Assembly (NCBI RefSeq): GCF_009914755.1
Contig: NC_060927.1
DNA length: 64,000 nt
DNA from: the human T2T-CHM13v2.0 reference genome, Homo sapiens
Reading direction: 5' to 3' (one strand)
The translations under genes and the position numbers were made by a program. Shown here one piece after another: positions 57,095 to 64,000 of this stretch (positions are counted from its first letter, which is position 1; each line of letters begins with the position of its first letter). A model generated the notes under the pieces. It was not told the origin of the DNA. It made no database searches and was given only the letters and a program-made list of their open reading frames with translations.

Positions 57095-58664
57095 TTATGC
57101 CAGAAATATTGTATAATTTAAAAGTGATTAGGTCTCCTAAATGCTTCATAAAATGCCACTATGACTCTTAACTGTACAGCTTGTCTGTTTTACAGCTAGG
57201 CAAGGCCTGGGAGATGTGGAGTTAGACACTGGAAAGACACCTTATTTGCTTTTCTGTCTAGGCCTTAGGCTCCACACCTAGTACATAATTAAAATCCCTT
57301 ATTTACCAAGGTTTCACCAAAAATAAAAGTCACTAAGAGTTAACATTGTAATATGTAATTGAGACTACTGGAAAAAATAGGTTTACATGCAAGGTGTGTA
57401 AGGAGAATGAAATGTGTTTTTTGTAAGAGATTATATGAAAGTATGGGAATGTAAATTTTTGCCTAGGTTAGAGGGTTAAAGGATTGTTTTAAATCAAATA
57501 AAGTTTGAACAGTTTGTAGAAGGTTTATAAAAATTAATTATGAGATATTCTATGTGTGAACATATTGGCTAAAGTTAAAATGGCATTATTCAGGTTTTTT
57601 TCCCATAAATTGGATATTGGAATAGAAGCACAACAGAGTTTTCTTAGAACATTGTTCTGCTCTGAGAAAAAAATTGTAAAGGGTTATGAAAGGTTTATAA
57701 AAATCTGACCTTATGGTCAAACTAATTAAAACTGAATAGATTTATAAAATGTTATTTAAAAAACTAGCTTTAACATTAAAAACACACTGATGGAAACATA
57801 AAATTTGGTTTTCTCTTTTAAAAAGGATTTTTATGTAATGTTAAAAGATAATGAAAGGTTTTTGTTTTTCTTTTAAGTAAACTATGAAAGAAAGTGTAGG
57901 TGGAAGGGAAGTAAAGGAGACAGAGTCAGTTGGCCTCATGCTACCTTCGTTGGGTCTTGTTTGGAAAACTGAGTCTCCTCTCTATCAGACTAATGTTTTT
58001 TCCTTTTTAAAATTTTTGAGTTATCATTTTGGCTAAATGAATGACTTACGGTAACCTAAGATTCTATTTTATAATATCCAATGTTTTAAACCTTTGGCAT
58101 TTAGCAAACCTTTCAAAATCAAGCTCTGGATTATCATGCTAAATCAGCCAATACTAAAATTGTTTAAATATAGAATTTGAATGAACTCCATGGTCTAAGT
58201 CACATTACCTATGATAACCCATTAGTTATCAGTGCTATGTACCTAAACTGGAGAAACAACTGGTATTGAAGAGAACATAAGTCCACTGTTAAGCATGGAC
58301 TCATGAAGAACCAGGACAGCTGCCTTGTCCTTCCTGAGTCCTTAAGCTTTTGTTATTAAAGGTTTTGCATTCCATGACTCATCATGGAACAGATAAAATA
58401 ATCCAAATTGAATATGTTGATGTAGTAACTTATAAATTGTGGAAATAGTTTAAAACCAATGTTTGGTTCCATATTCCTGGGAAAACAAGCAAAGCTTCAG
58501 GTACATTTGGCTACCTAATGGGCCATTTAAACATTTATAAAGGGATTCCATTCAATTGTCATTTTCAACGCATGTTTTATGGTTGTATAAAAGCTTTTCC
58601 GTGCAAGAGGGTTGATGTTATAACAGTAGACTGTTATGCTACAGTGTATTTTCACCAGGTAAAG

Positions 58665-58669
<5 letters not shown>

Positions 58670-58713
<44 letters not shown>

Positions 58714-58987
58714 AGACAGAGTCTCACTCTGTTGCCCAGGCTGCAGTGCAGTGGTGTGATCTTGGCTCACTGTAACCTCCACCTCCTGGGTTCAAGCTCC
58801 TGCCTCAGCCTCCTGAGTAGCTGGGATTACAGGTGTGTACCATCACGCACAGCTAATTTTTGTATTTTTAGTAGAGAGGGGTTTCACCATGTTGGTCAGG
58901 CTGGTTTTGAACTCCTGACCTTGTGATCCACCCACCTTGGCCTCCCAAAGTGCTGGGATTACAGGTGTAAGCCACCATGCCCAGGCC
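58670..58987 (-). mobile_element. AluS SINE with 43-nt poly-T
   Basis: TSD AAAGAAAG(G/C)TTTT at 58661 and 58988. Confidence 0.95.
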
Positions 58988-59339
58988 AAAGAAAGCTTTT
59001 CATGGCTCACTGAGGACAACAGCTTCACAATCTAGAACCCGAAGGTTGAATTTTCTGAGAATATCAGAGAAAGAGTGTCCTTGCCATCCACACTACAGCA
59101 AAACTTTGGAGGCTTGAACCTTGGGTTTGTAATCTCACAACTGAGAGGGGTCCCTTCACACTCTTGGAACTCTACACCCATTGGAACCCTTAAGATGAAA
59201 CTAACCAGGAAAATTTCTCCCCAGAAGAAGATGGCATCCTTGATGTGAATGGCTTTTCCCAAGGTCACGGATCAATACTTCTACTATCACAAGAGTCTTA
59301 TCTTTGAATACTTTTTCCTTGTTTATGACTCTATGAACA

Positions 59340-60401
<1,062 letters not shown>

Positions 60402-60910
60402 TGACAAAAGCTGAAAGAAATGTGTGACCATGAGGACATCGTAACCTATGAATGACATGCTGAGATGGGAAACCCAAAATGATGGTAAATGAGACTGGTG
60501 CTAAGGCCTTATGTGTTGGTCATATTCTCACCTAAGTGAGAACCTGGCCAAAAACGGGGAATTTTTTTTAAAACAAAATTATGTGAGGCCATTATTTTGG
60601 ACTGAGCTCATACATTAGGCCCCAATAAACCAAACCAAACTAAAATAGAGTCACTTGTGCTAAATGTGACATAATCAAACTAAGGCTTTAAGAAAACACA
60701 TAGATCCTAGAACAGATCAGGTTTTGTTTTTGTCCTGTAAACAGGATATTCCAGCATAAGGAGGTACCCTCTACTTAGTCCTTATTCTCTCCTTGCAAAA
60801 CCCACTGTTATACTGTTTCCCAGTGGGTTTCAAAACCATATAAATACAATAGTGATAGCAACATCAATGACTAAGGTTTTGGTGAATCTCTCAAAATTGA
60901 GTAAATGTCC

Positions 60911-60922
60911 AAAAGGGGGGAA
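60911..60922 (+). other. Polypurine tract
   Basis: AAAAGGGGGGAA directly before the 3' LTR TG. Confidence 0.88.
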
Positions 60923-60923
60923 T

Positions 60924-61348
60924 TGTTAAGGCAAACTAAATATGTCCTGAGAAAGCCTCCATCCTTCTATATTTGCATCCTTGTGGATGAACTGTAACCT
61001 AGCTTAATAGTCAGACAAAACTGAAAACCTAACTTAATAGTATGTACCTGTAACAATGACTGAGTGTTGGCCAATCCCAGTAGCCATACTTCAACCACTC
61101 ATAGACTGCTGAATGTTCAAACTGTGTTCAGAAATGTTGAGCTGTAACCATTCTTACTGTTTCTGTACCTCACTTCAGATTCCTGTATATCACTTTATCA
61201 TTTTTGCCTATAAAATTGTTCTTTCCACAAGATACCCCTGGAGTCTCTATGAATCTGCTGTGATTCTGGGGGCTGCCCAATTCATGAATCATTCATTGCT
61301 CAATTAAACTCCTTTAAATTTAATTTGGCTGAAGTTTTTCTTTTATCC
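60924..61348 (+). repeat. 3' LTR (MER57A-like)
   Basis: Diverged direct repeat of 53360-53789. Confidence 0.9.
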
Positions 61349-62619
61349 CAGGTCTCACCTCTTTATAGGAGTGGTATAAAAAATTTGTAGTCATTTTTTA
61401 AAAGCACCATAGCACCCAATTCACAGGTTTTTTTTTTTTTTAGAGTTTTTTTTTCTTTTCCTAATTATCTTACAAAAAAGAAGATATCTGGCACTTTATA
61501 GGAGGAAACCAGAGGCAAGTCCTGTGTTTTACTATAAAGTCAGGTGCAGGAATACTAACCAATTCCTTTATATTTCCCAATATTACCCAGTTCATTCGTT
61601 GGTACACAGTAGGTTCCAGAAAAATGTTAAGGGGAAAAATTGATTGCTATGAGAATTTCACATGAATTATGTTTCTTCCAAGGCTCCTTGCAGTCAATCA
61701 GGATGGATGTTGCATTAGTGTTTTCTCTGATGTAACAGTCATTAACTACAGCTCTATTAGCTGTTCATTTGTGGCATGAAATAGATCCAAATACAGAGGA
61801 CTGTATTTGAACTGAGCCATTGTTTCATGAATATTAGAACACAAATCAATGCATATTGACTGGGCTTGTGTAGATGAATGTGATAGCATTGCCCTCAACA
61901 AAATATGGTTCATTTCTTCAGAACAGTGTGTAAAGCTTAGAATAAAAATAAGAAGCACTTAAGTTTTTCAAGATATTGAACTCTAGGCACTGAGTTAATA
62001 AGTTCATTTTTATAGATGCTTGATGCTGTATGAACAGATACTATACTTTCTAAAGCAGCTACTTCTGTGTGGATGGTGGTGGGTAAGAGGCCAGAGAAGG
62101 ATGGTAACTATAGGTAACACTCTTATGGCACTTTAACGAGCATCTATCCTCTCTATTGGCACTCAAAAGAAACTTGTGAGGCAGGCACTATCATCCCAAA
62201 TTTATAAACAAGCAAATTGATACCACAGGTTCTATGCAGTATGCCAAAAGTCACTGTCTTGCAGTGGTGGAATTGGAGATTTAAATTCCTCAGATATGAT
62301 TGCCTCTGGAGAGTCACATCTGATCCTCCTCAGACAAATAAGTACTCTTTCTCTGTGTTCTCGTGATATCTTGAAATATATCTATATCCACCACTTTGTG
62401 TTGTAATTATCTTCTTATGTGTTTATTTCTCCCCACTTGAGTTCAAGAAAAAAGAAAGGTCCTTGTCTCATATATGAGCATCCACTAAGGATTTAACCCA
62501 AAGTGACCAGTGAATGCTTGCAGAATGAAAGAATAAATTATTGAAGATCCTTTAACTCTAAAAATCTCTACCAATCCATGATGCATTTTAAGAAAAAAGT
62601 GTTCTGTTAGAATAGGGTG

Positions 62620-63820
62620 AAGGAAAGCTGATATTTGTGAGTAGGATGCAAGGGAACCGTAGACATAGAGACCTGCAAATCATCTGTGGCCTTGTTTTAT
62701 CTTATTCTCTGGAATATACTGGGAATAGTAAGGAGGCATGTGTGCCTGAGCAGAATGATTAAGGGGAAAATATTAGGAATTGAGGTCAAAGAGTTAATGA
62801 GGTGGGGGTAAGATCATATATAGCCTTGTAGGACAGTTAAGAAATCCCGAGTGACCTGATCAGAGCAGACAAAGTGATCCTTTTAAAACCTACAAGGAAA
62901 ATAGATGGGGGCTGAGCAAGAGTGGAAGTAGAGAGACCTATCTTGATTGATTTACTGAAGTGATCAAGATGAGAAGCATGGTTCCTTGGACGAAAGTGAG
63001 AAGTGGTTGGATTTTGGATGTATTTTGAAAGTAGAGCCAAGAGGACCAATTAGATATGGGGTGAGAGCGAGAGAGAGGAGTGAAAGTTGAAACCAGTATT
63101 TTTGGCTTGTGCACTTAAAAGGAAGGAATTACCATTAGTTGAGATGGGAAAATGTATATAGATGAAGCAGATTTTGAGAGGGAAGATAAAGAGTTAACTT
63201 TTGGACAATGTAAGGCCTGAGATTAGTATTAGACATCCAACAGGATAATATTTGATAGGCAATATGCTTGCAGCTCTTGATTAAGTCAGAAATATGATTC
63301 TAGAGGTTAGCAGAGAGATGCAGTTGTGGTTAACATAGCATAGAGATGATAGTAAAAGCCAGGAGGTGGAATGATATCACCAAATTACTGAGTACAAACA
63401 GAAGAGGTTCAAAGATTGAGGCTTGGGGTGTTCCAACTAACAGGTCCGGGATAACTAAGGAAGTCTGTAAAAGTGACTAAGAATGAATTAACAGTGAGAG
63501 GGGAGGAGAACCAAGGAGTATGATGTCTGAAACCAAGTGAAGAAAGAATATCAAAGGAGGAGGTATGGCCACATATCAATGCTATTAATATGTCAAATGT
63601 GCTGGAGACTGAAAATCAATTGTAGGTTTTAGCAATACTTAAGACATCTATGACTTTGAAATAAGGTTTGGTGGCATGTTGGGGGTAAAAGTCTGACTCA
63701 AAATTGTTTAAGGGAAGCTTAGTAGGGAGTAATTGAAATCAGCAATTACACATGGGGCTTTCAGGGAATTTTGTTACAAAGGAAAACAATGAACCAACTG
63801 GAAGAGGAGGTGGGGTCCAG
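62620..63820 (-). mobile_element. L2 fragment
   Basis: Antisense L2 motifs GATTTTGGATGTATTTTGAAAGTAGAGCCAA, TTTTGGACA and TTAGACATCCAA. Confidence 0.8.
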
Positions 63821-63847
63821 AAAAGCTTTTCAAAAAAATTTTAAGAC

Positions 63848-63938
63848 TATATATATATCTGTATATATATTATACAGATATATATAAACACATATATGTA
63901 TATACACACATATTAATATGTATATATGATATATGTAG

Positions 63939-63977
<39 letters not shown>
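63848..63977. repeat. (TA)n low-complexity tract plus (TG)n microsatellite
   Basis: Directly visible; about 19 TG units at 63940-63977. Confidence 0.95.
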
Positions 63978-63979
<2 letters not shown>

Positions 63980-64000
63980 CATGTTAGCAGTAGAAGAGAT

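Overview
This window is primate (human-like) AT-rich genomic DNA dominated by transposable elements. I see no convincing host protein-coding exon, RNA gene or prokaryotic system. Three large insertions stand out. (1) A ~5.5 kb minus-strand L1PA element (26366-31861), truncated within its 5' UTR, with disabled ORF1 and ORF2. (2) A complete 7.5 kb minus-strand ERV1 provirus (36576-44062) with two LTR2-type LTRs, a tRNA-Glu PBS, a PPT and a CTCC target-site duplication (TSD); its Harlequin-type mosaic interior carries two unrelated env remnants. (3) A complete 8 kb plus-strand MER57A-like provirus (53360-61348) with a tRNA-Leu PBS and a CAGG TSD, inserted into an MLT1 LTR and later hit by four Alus. 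The rest is 14 Alu/FLAM copies in total, older L1M, L2 and MIR fragments, MaLR/ERVL solo LTRs and DNA transposon fossils. Signals not explained by repeats are a perfect 78-bp inverted duplication (18857-19039), several smaller template-switch-like hairpins, a perfect 84-bp tandem duplication, and a strong CTCF site with upstream motif inside a promoter-like cluster near 13.1 kb. Repeat family names come from recalled consensus sequences, not a database search, so subfamily calls and the boundaries of old repeats are approximate. I found nothing I can honestly call a new biological system.
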